This document shows, one piece after another, positions 29,001 through 36,535 of a DNA stretch of 37,418 nucleotides. The stretch spans positions 1 to 37,418 of IMG/VR virus record IMGVR_UViG_3300031519_000079; one strand, given 5' to 3'. Within the stretch, counting starts at the first letter, position 1, and each line of letters opens with the position of its first letter. The notes beneath the pieces are model-generated. The model was given only the letters and a program-made list of their open reading frames with translations, did no database searches and was not told where the DNA came from. This DNA is from a virus (Duplodnaviria; Caudoviricetes). Position numbers and translations under genes: made by a program.

Positions 29001-32000
29001 TCAAAAGTGATTAATGGTTGACGTTCAAAATTTAAGACATCAGAAGATCCATATCCAATACCACCACTATTTAAATTAATTTTAGAAATTGATCCTCTAA
29101 ATTTTGGTTTTAGACTTGATTTAAATGTAAGACTATTTGTTGTTGCAATGCCAATGTTACCATTGATACTAACACTAATTTCCGGATAGTTGAAAATATG
29201 AGTGCTGGCAGATCCAACAGATGTAAAATTAACAAATATTTTATTATCAAAATTGTAAGATGAAAATTGAGTTCCAATGCCAGCCGATGACAATTTGAAT
29301 AGATTATCATCGACACGTGTGACCAAATATTTTTGATCTGTGGTTAATCCAGAAATAGATGATCCTTCAAATTTATATTCAACTGTTTCACCAGTATTAA
29401 ATCCATGATTAATAAATGATATTTGATCTGCACTGGTGTTGATTCCAGTCGAGTTTACTCTGATGTTATTGTTACTGTATCCTTCACCACCAGATTCTAT
29501 CGTAACTGATGATAAGATCTTTTTCTCATTTACCGTAGTAAAATATTGATTACCTTGACCAAAACTGGTAATGTTAACTGTACCAACACCAGCAAGGGCA
29601 GTGCTCCTATGACCATGCAAAGTTATCTCATTAAGAGATCTAACATTTACATAATAAATTGAATTATTGACTAAGTTTCCAAGAGGAATTAGTGAGTTGG
29701 CATTATAAACAACAGCATCAGCATTTCTAAAACGATGATATGTGGTAAATCCAATTGTATTATCAGATAGTGAAACGTTTCCACCACCAGCACTTACATC
29801 AGTGAAGGCAACTGTTTTTTCTGATCTGAGATTTGCCTTGGCTTTTGCTCCTCTTCCATTACCACCAGAAATATCAATAACTGGTTCCTCTAAAAAGTCA
29901 TAACCACTATCTTCTACTTCAATCTCTTCTAGAACACCAACAACTGTGGTTGTTGCTGTTGCACCAGTTCCAATATTGTCAGAAATAACTAAATTTGGTG
30001 GATTAATAACATCATAATTAGATCCACCTGCTAAGACATTAATAGCAGTTAAATTTCCGTAATAGCAATAATCTTCTGACTTATACGAATGTATGTCAAC
30101 ACCATTAATTAGGACTCCGATTTTACCAGGAGTAATATTAATTTTTTTATCAGGAACTTCAATGGAACTAGGAATTTTTGTAATTCCATAGGAACTATCT
30201 AATTGATTTTCATAAGATGTGATAGGAAAGATAATTTGGTTACTAGCAATTCCAGTAACATCAACAAAATTGTTAATAACAATGTTTGCTCTGGATTCTG
30301 CTAATTTAAAGCTATCTGCATCAATTCTCTTAACAAAATATCTTCCTTCCTGCAAATTGCCAAGATTTCTTACAGTAGTAATTGCAACAGGTTCTCCATA
30401 ACCCCCTAGAAGTTCTACAAATTTATCTGGACGATAATATACTTCATCTCCACTGAAAAATCCATGTCCGGTATAATCAATCGTATCTCCACTTAAAATA
30501 AGAGGAGCAGTTGAGCTTCTGCCATTATCAGTTAATATAACGTTACCTGTTTTAGGATCAATAGGATCACTGTATTTTGGTAATGAGTGTGATGCGATAT
30601 AAACCGAATCGTTAGAGTCGTAAAAAGACTTGACAACGTTAGCAGGTAAATGATTGACAACATTATTTTGAGAATTAACCTTTGTAATCAATCTTCTTAT
30701 TTCACCACCTTTATCCGGATCAAATCCAGATAAACCAGAAACATCGAAGGTGAATTCTGTGATGATATTGTTAACTACACCACTTGTCTCTGTTCCAGCA
30801 TTAGTGATAACTTGAATAGAGTCTCCAATACTCAACTCATGTTCTTGTTCAGTCTCAATCTGATACAGAGAAATAATATTTGGGTTTTGACCTAACTGGT
30901 TCTGATTAAGAATTCTTGCATGTTTAATATTAAATCTAGATGTTTCATTTGATAATAAAGAATCAGTTACAAGATTAATCTTTGAATATCCCAAAGATTG
31001 GTTTTTAATCACATCTCCTTCTACAAAATAAGGAGTTGCTAGATCTGGTGCCTTAATATTAAACTTACCAAGAGATCCTTTAATTCTAAATTCAAATTCA
31101 GATCCATCAGGTAAGATGCCATATGATCTAATATTTTGATAAATTTCCTGTTTATCTAAAATGCCATTAATTACTCCGTCAACATTTAAAAATTGAGTTA
31201 TATTTTTTGAAGTATATGAGACGATACCAACATCAGTATTTGAAAATAAGACTTGAATCTCTCCACTAGAAGGAAATCCAATAGTTGATTCAACATCAAT
31301 AAATGTAGATGCAACAGAAACGTTACCAATTACCTTTGTTTGGGGGGTAATTCTAAAATTACCGTAGATTGACCCTACAACATTAATGTCTTTTGGTTCT
31401 GAGTAATCTAAATCTATTTGAAAAAATGTCTTGCCATCTTCAACAAATCTTTCAGATTTAAGAACAGATCCAGAAGCAATAATTTCACCAGCAGCATTTT
31501 CTTGATAAATGTTCTTAGTAATTAATCCGGTTAAGAATAATTGCGTAGTATCAACTGCTGACAGGTCAACTGGTTCTGCGTTTAATCTAAGAATTTTGCG
31601 ATATTGTGCATCTGATGGTGCAAATAAATCATCCTGCGGTTTTAATACATTTACATCTTCATTATATAAAGCTTTGAATAGAATTTCAAATGCATCAGAA
31701 GTTCCTTTTGATCTATAAAAATCACTTCCTTGAATAAGGTATTTGGATACGTCCAATCCCTCATTCAACTTAGCGTTATCTAAACCAGGTAAATATTGAG
31801 TTTTTAATTTTTTATAAAATTCTTTTAAGAAAAGAGATGAGATATTTTCGACTTGATCTGCACTTACATGCTCATCTGCCTCAGTTTCTTTAAAAATTAA
31901 CTCATCTGGACCATTATTTCCACGATAACTGGTAATACCACTGAAACCTCTGATACAACCCGTAAAAGTGGTATTTGTTTTTCCTGTATATGAAATAATC

Positions 32001-32299
32001 TCATCATTGATCTTTAATAAACCATATTTTTCTGGCCAACCAGCAGTATTGCCTACATTAATTGTAGTATCTTCAATTTCAATGTTAGAAGTTACAGTCG
32101 TAAATCCAACGATAGAAGTATAAGTTCCAACTCGTCTATATTGATCAATATTTTCAAGAATGTCTACTGGACCTCCTTGATATTCTACTGATTTATAATA
32201 TGTCTTTAAAAAATCACTAGCACCTTCTAGTTCAGCACCAAGAAAAATAGGTAGTTGATTTTCAACTACGGACTGGATTTTTACTCTTTTTTCTAACAT
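20066..32299 (-). CDS. gp7: Baseplate wedge initiator, giant cyanophage-type gp7 (4077 aa)
   Basis: Lies between gp6 and gp8. Contains N-terminal NQLP.F....FL..YY, FYRSKGT..AF..LFK.LYN and DSDYYQ.FSYSLKS......W......H..G.K.F, plus many repeated accessory modules. Confidence 0.85.
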   Translation of the reverse strand: MLEKRVKIQSVVENQLPIFLGAELEGASDFLKTYYKSVEYQGGPVDILENIDQYRRVGTYTSIVGFTTVTSNIEIEDTTINVGNTAGWPEKYGLLKINDEIISYTGKTNTTFTGCIRGFSGITSYRGNNGPDELIFKETEADEHVSADQVENISSLFLKEFYKKLKTQYLPGLDNAKLNEGLDVSKYLIQGSDFYRSKGTSDAFEILFKALYNEDVNVLKPQDDLFAPSDAQYRKILRLNAEPVDLSAVDTTQLFLTGLITKNIYQENAAGEIIASGSVLKSERFVEDGKTFFQIDLDYSEPKDINVVGSIYGNFRITPQTKVIGNVSVASTFIDVESTIGFPSSGEIQVLFSNTDVGIVSYTSKNITQFLNVDGVINGILDKQEIYQNIRSYGILPDGSEFEFRIKGSLGKFNIKAPDLATPYFVEGDVIKNQSLGYSKINLVTDSLLSNETSRFNIKHARILNQNQLGQNPNIISLYQIETEQEHELSIGDSIQVITNAGTETSGVVNNIITEFTFDVSGLSGFDPDKGGEIRRLITKVNSQNNVVNHLPANVVKSFYDSNDSVYIASHSLPKYSDPIDPKTGNVILTDNGRSSTAPLILSGDTIDYTGHGFFSGDEVYYRPDKFVELLGGYGEPVAITTVRNLGNLQEGRYFVKRIDADSFKLAESRANIVINNFVDVTGIASNQIIFPITSYENQLDSSYGITKIPSSIEVPDKKINITPGKIGVLINGVDIHSYKSEDYCYYGNLTAINVLAGGSNYDVINPPNLVISDNIGTGATATTTVVGVLEEIEVEDSGYDFLEEPVIDISGGNGRGAKAKANLRSEKTVAFTDVSAGGGNVSLSDNTIGFTTYHRFRNADAVVYNANSLIPLGNLVNNSIYYVNVRSLNEITLHGHRSTALAGVGTVNITSFGQGNQYFTTVNEKKILSSVTIESGGEGYSNNNIRVNSTGINTSADQISFINHGFNTGETVEYKFEGSSISGLTTDQKYLVTRVDDNLFKLSSAGIGTQFSSYNFDNKIFVNFTSVGSASTHIFNYPEISVSINGNIGIATTNSLTFKSSLKPKFRGSISKINLNSGGIGYGSSDVLNFERQPLITFETGSGAQLKPVIEGSTIKEVFVLNEGKGYTSSPQLIVSGLGRNAKLTPILTGGRITSVKINAGGSGFSTNTTFVSVIPNGTGAKAGTSIKSWNVNQFEKKKNLLSVDDSLISDSSNEYSKGTYVSLTVPRALREITYAKNEDGTDAFGANTFDLIKSNGLESPSVNHSPIIGWANDGHPIYGPYGYSNIDGGPIIALKPGFELNPSDDRPNTFPVGFFVEDYTFQNSGNLDECNGRFGKTPDFPNGIYAYFATINSGKSNSDGPFKNYKEPLFPYLLGDSYHSVPTEFNFNRKSNQIDFEYVDLFRNTKPTKTSSFYGFNEYLNDSTRDIRQNSIIESTRKGKITDYNIVSAGSSYKSGDTINLSKQPLFGRSARISVGRIVGKDIVSIGSSTISAENFELFVGGGLAIGYCTAPHNFENKNRAIISGLSTHSYANLNGTQNITNTQRIWILNEYLDSPSNTGLTTNIHLNGPYDPLYVRENSIIGIGLSAENIEQLKVLNVDPLNSVMRVQRNYNGTVGYAYSSGTIALDIRNKFAFDVGFTTFTSNPPTFQRYFDPSQVVGLGTTASVGVGTTIAYQTHNNIAPPHLQENTDYQPGTAYTSRIIPIKTIFIPNHSFNTGDTLTYSNGGGTSIEVSDGIGTFVLSDQSTVYAIKESSNLLGISTTKVGLGSTGSFVGLGSTAIQLAFTVSGVGVTHSFKAETNPITGNANIYEAVLTTKEAHGLTFNDNIRLVSIPNITKNIFVQYNDYNRRIVFDRKKFEPAGITSFTNTINVPNHNLNSGDKVIYTTTGNAPVGLSDQGMYYAIAIDSNNLKLAQNKVDAVGPNPTPVSLGSTGSGEHFVSSINPKVNATRGNLVSFATTDSSLSLSVSGTNLPAFDLNLYTDSEYKDRFISTKETKVFEVQGIGTIGVTNPSAVNLRVSASIPEILYYKFNPINTDLSPTAKTEILIDTEQNFANVINVVNSVYQVDEYPTGITTTEFKFNLNSKPEVSSYNSTTDGSFYYTHKSSNATGAIDSLNIKTNNSNYTELPGIVSIGSTTGSGGLIRINGDMGSIVKTRKRNIGFNYPSDPTLKVIANVPEILRIEELNSFDSVGISSGGNGYNIEPGLVVIDAITNKKIENVILQAEVKNGSISKVNIKENAKNLSDVAPNIITVNNPNGVGINTVGYNTVTREVTIQLNTGFSTDKSFPFSVGGKVFIEGIGISSEGTGYNSPDYNFKFFEVTSIDENIGGIGSVTYQLDSTVTNPGTYVTTKSSGRIIPFEDFPIFAPDLKKNNFSINEDVVITNTLDSKNGKVSSWDNSNKILKVNSSKEILVDDIVKGLGSGTIGKVSEKIDVDSFYDITSVEEIRLGWQKNTGKPSLNDQRIIDSDYYQYFSYSLKSKIAYDTWNDIVSSMNHTGGFKKFADLQIESQDDNFNKASVSSNELELFVDLFSQLETYCRYDFDFVSETSKFISGEFLSDEVLTRNIPIADFEESVGNRVLSIDSFADQFNNTPRATRFDIIDTFPLAGTRYRKYFAMTEDTQFLDERRMQIIELLIDDGGNAYIQEYAIVNGLEDLNGYFDFRALGSEGQLLFYPEKYDTNDYDIHGLVYNVDRDIHSAVGISTIVGITTVGDIIQLAARGSKINPGVTTAVDIYSIDLTSMDAGHKFMFQMSAGEKHEVLNLNALHNNSESYFVEFGNMSNLDRSSTTATVDGIGTFSARVDSNIFYINCTPSSDVVGTGITFNIFGQCFVGGASTIGIATIQLTTGDLRAQYTDVPSASSPGITTIANFGNNTTVDEDGAHVLFHIHDVTNDKFELLEGIFMVDSNGETFETLFGNIETDSDNYHQGIGTISSNVDGSKYNVTYVAPPLTNVRVKTLVTSAAHTKGGVEEILYLDLQDTKIDTFDGTYTNTQADVRRAFGLFHGGDAIFERSFDSTDPLIVDTDNDLIIIPNHFFTSGERLSYNPIGSGTTSSIGIGTTTISGYGSTDKLPEYFYAIKVDDKSIRIAGSSEDALASNVGNYLTLTTVGIGTSHTFTSQDQNTKCIIALDNNIQDPVIPLNITHNLVEDMSFGGELMRLSGITSFFGGDLLKVDKEFMTVKQVGFGSTNLLVVQRSWMGSGLSTHSTGSVVEKYEGSYNIVDNTINFYTAPTGTKPQEDPTDPNQLDWTGIQTSSVFQGRTFLRNGLVGTSTHTYATNYLFDSISTELTGVGKTFTLKQDGINIGGFSTTHGLVLINDIAQIPSQGSRINDFEFTENAGITSVVFSGFAASVTNDVNTGSIPVGGVIVSVGSTQGFGYQPLVAAGGTANISGFGTVTSISIGNSGSGYRSGISTLDGVVRELSYSVGLRTSDIDTVEVTAIGTAIVSNGNITSVNITNPGVGYTFSNPPIVVFDNPIPYTRVPLIYHPDSTGSNIGTNAYVDIQVSQNSKVANFNIINSGYGFKVGEILTVPKGGVTGIPTNSTVGAGFIDFKINVNRVNSDKFTGWRFGDLDVFDKLDSFFDGSTKVFVMRKEGVPTSIRAKKGSLIDVEQTIIVFLNNTLQEPGVAYEFNGGSNIIFSEAPKVGDTCSILFYRGTGSVDVISRDIIETIKTGDTIRINAGDNQNSFVFDQDTRFVSGITTADTFATSPYQGPGLTTDRTIQRPMVWCKQQEDVFLNGKPVTKNRDLYTARIFPETHIIKPVGIGSTEIWVDGIGAFDSYPESLRSNLQTVQVMDQDIKVGASATAIISGFGTVSSISVTNTGLGYTATPLVSIANSVGFGSATRATAIASITGTAVTSINVSNAGAGYTFSNPPVILLTPPNFEVEEIKNVNYAGDYGVISGVSSASATKLVFDLLIPLDSNLRSTAFMGPGAARTISNIASGYPFVVFDSNIGQGVTSLDLGGSVLGIGTTCLDNVYEAASVSVATTEAVGIGTTYVVKVTVNIDSHNGITGIGYSQFFGRYSWGQLKTFNRSGIAKTFTPALNNGFTGISTGPLVLRSQPLKSVGYLT

Positions 32300-34197
32300 T
32301 ATCGCGTGATGTTATCGTTGGTAAAACTGGAAGACACTGTATATCTTGATCCTGAAATATCGGCACCATTGGATATGGTGTCAGAGATTACAGTAACGTT
32401 ACTCTTACTTATATCTAGTTGCAAAAATTGATCCTGTAATCCAATAACGTCATTTGAATAAGGAATTGCTTGAATTTCAATAATTGGAAACTCAGATTCA
32501 GTTTTAGTGGTGCCAATAATCTTAATTGGGGATAAAAGAATCTCACCTTTGACATAATCAATAGTTCCAACATTTTGTCTAAGAACTTGTTTTTCGGATC
32601 CGGAAATTAATCGAATCAAATCAACAGTTCCTGTTTTTTCATCAGAATATGGTACGTCCGATAAGAATACTTCTCCGGAGTAACCTTCAACAAAAAATCC
32701 ACTTGTCTTAATATTTACCCCACCACAAATATGGAATCTATTTCCAAAACAAAGTTCATATTCTGCAAATTCGTTGAGAGAAGGTCTCATATCCCTTCTT
32801 ATACGCACCGTAGTGATATTTGAAGTGATTGCAGAGTTAGTATCGTCAATTGTTCTTAAAAGTTTGCTATATTTCAATCTAGCACCATAAGTATTCAATT
32901 CCGATGTTTTAGAGTATGCTTCTAACGATTCAATAATGTTTGTTTTAAGACCTGATGCCGATGGGAAGAGGTTTGTATTGTAATATACGTTAGTATCAAT
33001 CTCAACATACAAATATTTGAGATCAACGATCTGTGGCACAATACCAGCAACAGTAAATTTCTTTAAATTAGAAATAATCGTCGATTTTACGAAATTTGAG
33101 AGATAGCTACCACCTGTTGGTTTGATTGCGATAAAAACTCGACCATATTGAGGAGGATCAAGGTCTTCTCCACCAAAAGCAGACACAGATTCTGTATCTG
33201 GGAACACTTGCTTGGTCATGACCTCATAATCTTGGGTTGTAACTGCCCTATTCTGTGCAGCATACTTCAAAGGTGCATATTTACGAACAGAAGAGACAGA
33301 TTCAATGTCTCCACCACCAATAGAATTGTTATTTACCGCAATTGCAGAAACACCGGTAGTTACTACTCGATCATTATTGTCAAATAACCTTCCAGAGAAG
33401 GTAAAGTTGGATACACCGTTGGCAATATCACCATTAGTGATCACATAGGACATCTGAATAACATTTCCGTCTTCTAGACGCTTACCAAAGATGTTATCAC
33501 CAAAAAGAAGTTCATATTTTTCATCAGCAATCTCTTGAAGCAAGAAGATCTTAGATGTATTACCCACATCAATGATACTTTGTGCTAATTCATACTTAAC
33601 TGAGGCAAGATCGAAGGAACTCTCCTTGACTTGTACAGATAAAGTCGAAGTATCTGCATTTGAATTGGGAATTATAAATTTTTGATCAATATCTGAGTCG
33701 TCTACTGTATATTCTTTCGATATAAACGTTCCTTCAAAGATTTCAATTTCATTAAAGAAGGCAAAATTTTCATTTACCGGTACAGTAATAGATTCAGGTA
33801 CACAGAAAGTAAAATTAGACCCTCCAAAGCTGTCTGAGACCGCTACCAGACCCGCTCTAAGAGTCATTGTTGTAGGATTAGTAGTCAGAGTGCTTGTATC
33901 AACAAAGAAGCTTACAGTCGCTTTTGATGCCTTCTTAGAAGATGGTAAATATCCAATGTTTCTTGCGAGAGAAACCACATTTTCTCTTAATGTGGCGCTA
34001 TCAATGAAAACTTCGTTTGCCACCATGTTGGCGTTATACGAAGTAATGTAAGTATTATATGCTAACGTGTCAATTAGGACCGAAAAGTTGGATCCTTCAA
34101 AGTCAAAGTCGGTAAAATTAGAATTTGAGCGCAAATAATCCTTTATCTGCGTCTTAATTTGATCAAAATCTAGATTTGAGAATTTTGTGAGTGGCAT
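32299..34197 (-). CDS. gp6: Baseplate wedge subunit
   Basis: LDFDQIK..IK.YL...FTDFDFEGS..SVL.D.LAYNT, FIDSA.LRENVVS.A..IGY.P, FGD..FG, Q.RAVT..DY and GGE...PP.YG.VFI.IKP motifs. Confidence 0.95.
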   Translation of the reverse strand: MPLTKFSNLDFDQIKTQIKDYLRSNSNFTDFDFEGSNFSVLIDTLAYNTYITSYNANMVANEVFIDSATLRENVVSLARNIGYLPSSKKASKATVSFFVDTSTLTTNPTTMTLRAGLVAVSDSFGGSNFTFCVPESITVPVNENFAFFNEIEIFEGTFISKEYTVDDSDIDQKFIIPNSNADTSTLSVQVKESSFDLASVKYELAQSIIDVGNTSKIFLLQEIADEKYELLFGDNIFGKRLEDGNVIQMSYVITNGDIANGVSNFTFSGRLFDNNDRVVTTGVSAIAVNNNSIGGGDIESVSSVRKYAPLKYAAQNRAVTTQDYEVMTKQVFPDTESVSAFGGEDLDPPQYGRVFIAIKPTGGSYLSNFVKSTIISNLKKFTVAGIVPQIVDLKYLYVEIDTNVYYNTNLFPSASGLKTNIIESLEAYSKTSELNTYGARLKYSKLLRTIDDTNSAITSNITTVRIRRDMRPSLNEFAEYELCFGNRFHICGGVNIKTSGFFVEGYSGEVFLSDVPYSDEKTGTVDLIRLISGSEKQVLRQNVGTIDYVKGEILLSPIKIIGTTKTESEFPIIEIQAIPYSNDVIGLQDQFLQLDISKSNVTVISDTISNGADISGSRYTVSSSFTNDNITR

Positions 34198-34595
34198 TAT
34201 CTTGTTACTTGAAGGATAAACTCTAATTGTACCGGGGTTCTAGGTTGCCCAACGATAAAATATGAGACCAATACGTTATATCCGTTTTGATCGTACTCAG
34301 GTTTCACTTCAATAGTGTTAATTTCCACTCTTGGTTCGAAATTTTTAATTGTAACTTCAATATCTTTTTGAATTACGGACGCTGTACCATAATCTAACAG
34401 TTCAAAAAGACTTCTAGAAATTTGAGAACCTAATCTTGGTTGAAAAGGTCTCTCTCCTAGGGCAGTAAGCACCAGATTTCTAATAGAACGAGAAATAGCA
34501 CGCTCATTTGACAGCGTAATTAGATCCCGAGTGATCGGATGCTTCGTGAAAGACAAAGAAATGTCTTTAAATGCCCGTGAGACTGGTTGTGGCAC
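34197..34595 (-). CDS. gp25: Baseplate wedge subunit (GPW/gp25 family)
   Basis: FKDISLSF..HP.T.D....N..AI..SI.NLV.T..GERPF.P..GS and I.NFEPRV motifs; GTG start. Confidence 0.93.
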   Translation of the reverse strand: MPQPVSRAFKDISLSFTKHPITRDLITLSNERAISRSIRNLVLTALGERPFQPRLGSQISRSLFELLDYGTASVIQKDIEVTIKNFEPRVEINTIEVKPEYDQNGYNVLVSYFIVGQPRTPVQLEFILQVTR

Positions 34596-34619
34596 CTGTT
34601 ATCGATAAGACTTCTGTCT

Positions 34620-34627
34620 TATTTAGA
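34620..34627 (-). promoter_or_regulatory. T4-type late promoter heading the baseplate operon
   Basis: Intergenic TCTAAATA about 25 nt upstream of the gp25 start. Confidence 0.75.
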
Positions 34628-34687
34628 GCCGAATTTCCAACATTACCAAAGAATCCATATCCTTGGGTAAAATGAGAGGGTCCACAC

Positions 34688-35365
34688 TCAAATGGTGGTG
34701 CTTCCAATGCCACTATTTCGTGATTCAGAAGGAGTTTCCCAAAAATACTCATCGGTATCCCCGAGTCTACCCCATCGGATTCCATTTTCAACTTGATAAT
34801 ATTCCGTGGAGACCTTGAAATCGGGCGTAAGCGGCGTTTCCGGGGTAATTGATAGGTCATAAATTCTTGTTCTATTGTTTGGATATAGCGCATACTGCCC
34901 ATTTTCGAGCTCAATGCAGTTATGTGACTTGTGCTCTTGTGGAATTTCACTTACATTGCAGTCAATGATGTCGTGATCAGGGTGGTAGTTGTCCAAAGTA
35001 AACAAATATTCCCCTTTCAGGTTACCAAAGTGTCGTGTACGGACTTCGAAGTCCATAGATCCGATGAATTGTTTCTCAATACAACGGACTCCATAGTCCA
35101 TACAATTCCAAAATTGTAAATTTGGTAAATCTAAATCGGGATCTGGTGTCTTTGGTTCTGATACAAAGGCACTGATGGGCAACTTATCAAACATTGCACC
35201 ATATTCGGGTAGGTAGGTCTCAAAATAAAAAGCGCGTCCGGGGATGCTTTTAGCAGTCACCCAAACGCCCTCTACAAACTCACCATACCCGTCCTTCAAA
35301 TCTCTTAGATATTCCTTGCGAACCCACACTTTCTGTGCAGGGAGATTGATGACGAGTTGACTCAT
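34688..35365 (-). CDS. Conserved cyanophage-type hypothetical protein (225 aa)
   Basis: NLP..KVWVRKEYL, KS.PGRAFYFE, LQFWNC, GEYLFTLD, EHKS.N and YPNNR motifs; TAATG-coupled to the upstream peptide. Function unknown. Confidence 0.8.
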   Translation of the reverse strand: MSQLVINLPAQKVWVRKEYLRDLKDGYGEFVEGVWVTAKSIPGRAFYFETYLPEYGAMFDKLPISAFVSEPKTPDPDLDLPNLQFWNCMDYGVRCIEKQFIGSMDFEVRTRHFGNLKGEYLFTLDNYHPDHDIIDCNVSEIPQEHKSHNCIELENGQYALYPNNRTRIYDLSITPETPLTPDFKVSTEYYQVENGIRWGRLGDTDEYFWETPSESRNSGIGSTTI

Positions 35366-35511
35366 TACTTTCCTTGTCCTCTGTAACGTTTACGAGCTTC
35401 GTTACGCGAGCTTGCCGCATACTTAGTATGCTTCCCAGTTCCCTGACGAGTTTTCTTCGGACTAGACTCAATCATATTACCCCCTGTAAGGGATCTCTTC
35501 ATCTTTGCCAT
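35365..35511 (-). CDS. Small, highly basic peptide (48 aa)
   Basis: Missed by the ORF track. MAKMKRSLTGGNMIESSPKKTRQGTGKHTKYAASSRNEARKRYRGQGK*. Starts 1 nt after the upstream TGA, and its TAA overlaps the next ATG. Confidence 0.8.
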   Translation of the reverse strand: MAKMKRSLTGGNMIESSPKKTRQGTGKHTKYAASSRNEARKRYRGQGK

Positions 35512-35512
35512 A

Positions 35513-36289
35513 TCAAATCACCCGAGTTTTTTCATGACCAACGCGAATCCTTGGATCCACCCAGATATCAAATCCTGCTGCAATTGCATCGAGACAGAAT
35601 GATACATCCTCTCCACACATGTCCTGAACCTCACCAGATTCAAACTCTTGCATCTTTGGTGCAAACCATGGATACTTCATCTCTCCGTGCTCAAACACAC
35701 CCTTCTTGATCATACACCAACCGAAACCAATGTAGTCAACTGTGAAAGGCTTGCGGCGCTTTGAGATGGATTCCAGAGTTTCATGGTTCATGACACCACC
35801 ACTCTTACGGAAGTCCTCTTCCTCCAACCAGTGAGCACAAGAAGTGGTCTTCCCATCTTCTGTGCAATACCAACCAGAAACAATCTCTTTCTCTGTGCCA
35901 TCCTCAGCAAGCGCCATATCGCACAATTGCCAGAACTTCGTTGTGTCAAATACAATGTCACTATCAATCCATAACTGATAGTCATAGTTCAACTTACCAT
36001 CCCAGGGAATCTGATTTGGTCCACGCAATACATTTGCGCCAAGAACCTTGCATCGTGCAAAGTTCACCATCGAAGAGTAATCCTGACTAATCTGAATACT
36101 CATCCCATTCTGAACTAAGTCGAAACATAGTTGCACGAAGTTCTTTAAGAAGACGTATGAGACGCCGCGACCTGGAAGACAGAACACAATGCTCTTGCCT
36201 TTCATCCGAGCTTTAATTCCATCAATGTCAAACTCTTCCTTCTTTTGTACCGGAGGAGTCTTTGCTTTAACCGTAAATCCTTTTGCCAT
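35513..36289 (-). CDS. GT-A fold (family 2-like) glycosyltransferase-like protein
   Basis: YDYQLWIDSDIVF (DxD), V.Y.GFG...IK.GVF, PWF and GEDVSFC..A..AG..I.VDP...VGH.K motifs. Start moved to ATG 36289 (MAKGF) because the ORF-track start at 36313 falls on the promoter -10 box. Confidence 0.75.
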   Translation of the reverse strand: MAKGFTVKAKTPPVQKKEEFDIDGIKARMKGKSIVFCLPGRGVSYVFLKNFVQLCFDLVQNGMSIQISQDYSSMVNFARCKVLGANVLRGPNQIPWDGKLNYDYQLWIDSDIVFDTTKFWQLCDMALAEDGTEKEIVSGWYCTEDGKTTSCAHWLEEEDFRKSGGVMNHETLESISKRRKPFTVDYIGFGWCMIKKGVFEHGEMKYPWFAPKMQEFESGEVQDMCGEDVSFCLDAIAAGFDIWVDPRIRVGHEKTRVI

Positions 36290-36312
36290 AAGTTTGAATA
36301 ACCTACATTTCA

Positions 36313-36341
36313 ATTCTAACAGTGTATCTATGATATGTCAA
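36313..36341 (-). promoter_or_regulatory. Sigma70-type early promoter
   Basis: TTGACA (36341-36336), 17-nt spacer, TAGAAT (36318-36313) with an extended TGn. Confidence 0.8.
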
Positions 36342-36535
36342 TACGAAGATTCTTCCGAATTCTTCATGAGTTTGACCCTCTCATAATTTAAATCAGACTC
36401 TTCATAGTCTGTCTTCATGAGTCCCACCATACCTTTCAGCGTTTCCCAGGTCTCCATAAATTCTTCATTTGTTAAACTCGAATAAAGACATTTATCCTTA
36501 GCGTAAATGTGAAACCTATACTCGTTTGTAATCAT
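36338..36535 (-). CDS. Conserved small hypothetical protein (65 aa)
   Basis: FHIY.KD.CLY..L..EEF...W..L..MVGLMKTDY....L.YE...SY; fills the gap in the operon. Confidence 0.75.
   Translation of the reverse strand: MITNEYRFHIYAKDKCLYSSLTNEEFMETWETLKGMVGLMKTDYEESDLNYERVKLMKNSEESSY

Noticed and set aside
10473-32299. Inteins or introns as an explanation for the very long gp7 and VrlC ORFs
   Set aside because: No Hint-type splice motifs or LAGLIDADG/HNH signature were recognised; the length is explained by repeat modules.
34567-34950. 127-aa minus-strand ORF bridging the 225-aa gene and gp25
   Set aside because: Alternative frame overlapping two better-supported genes and the gp25 late promoter; no recognisable motifs.
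532-36386. Numerous plus-strand ORFs of 60-164 aa (e.g. 532-1026, 1239-1691, 4484-4822, 11440-11775, 35374-35709)
   Set aside because: All are antisense shadows of well-supported minus-strand genes, with no recognisable motifs or expression signals.
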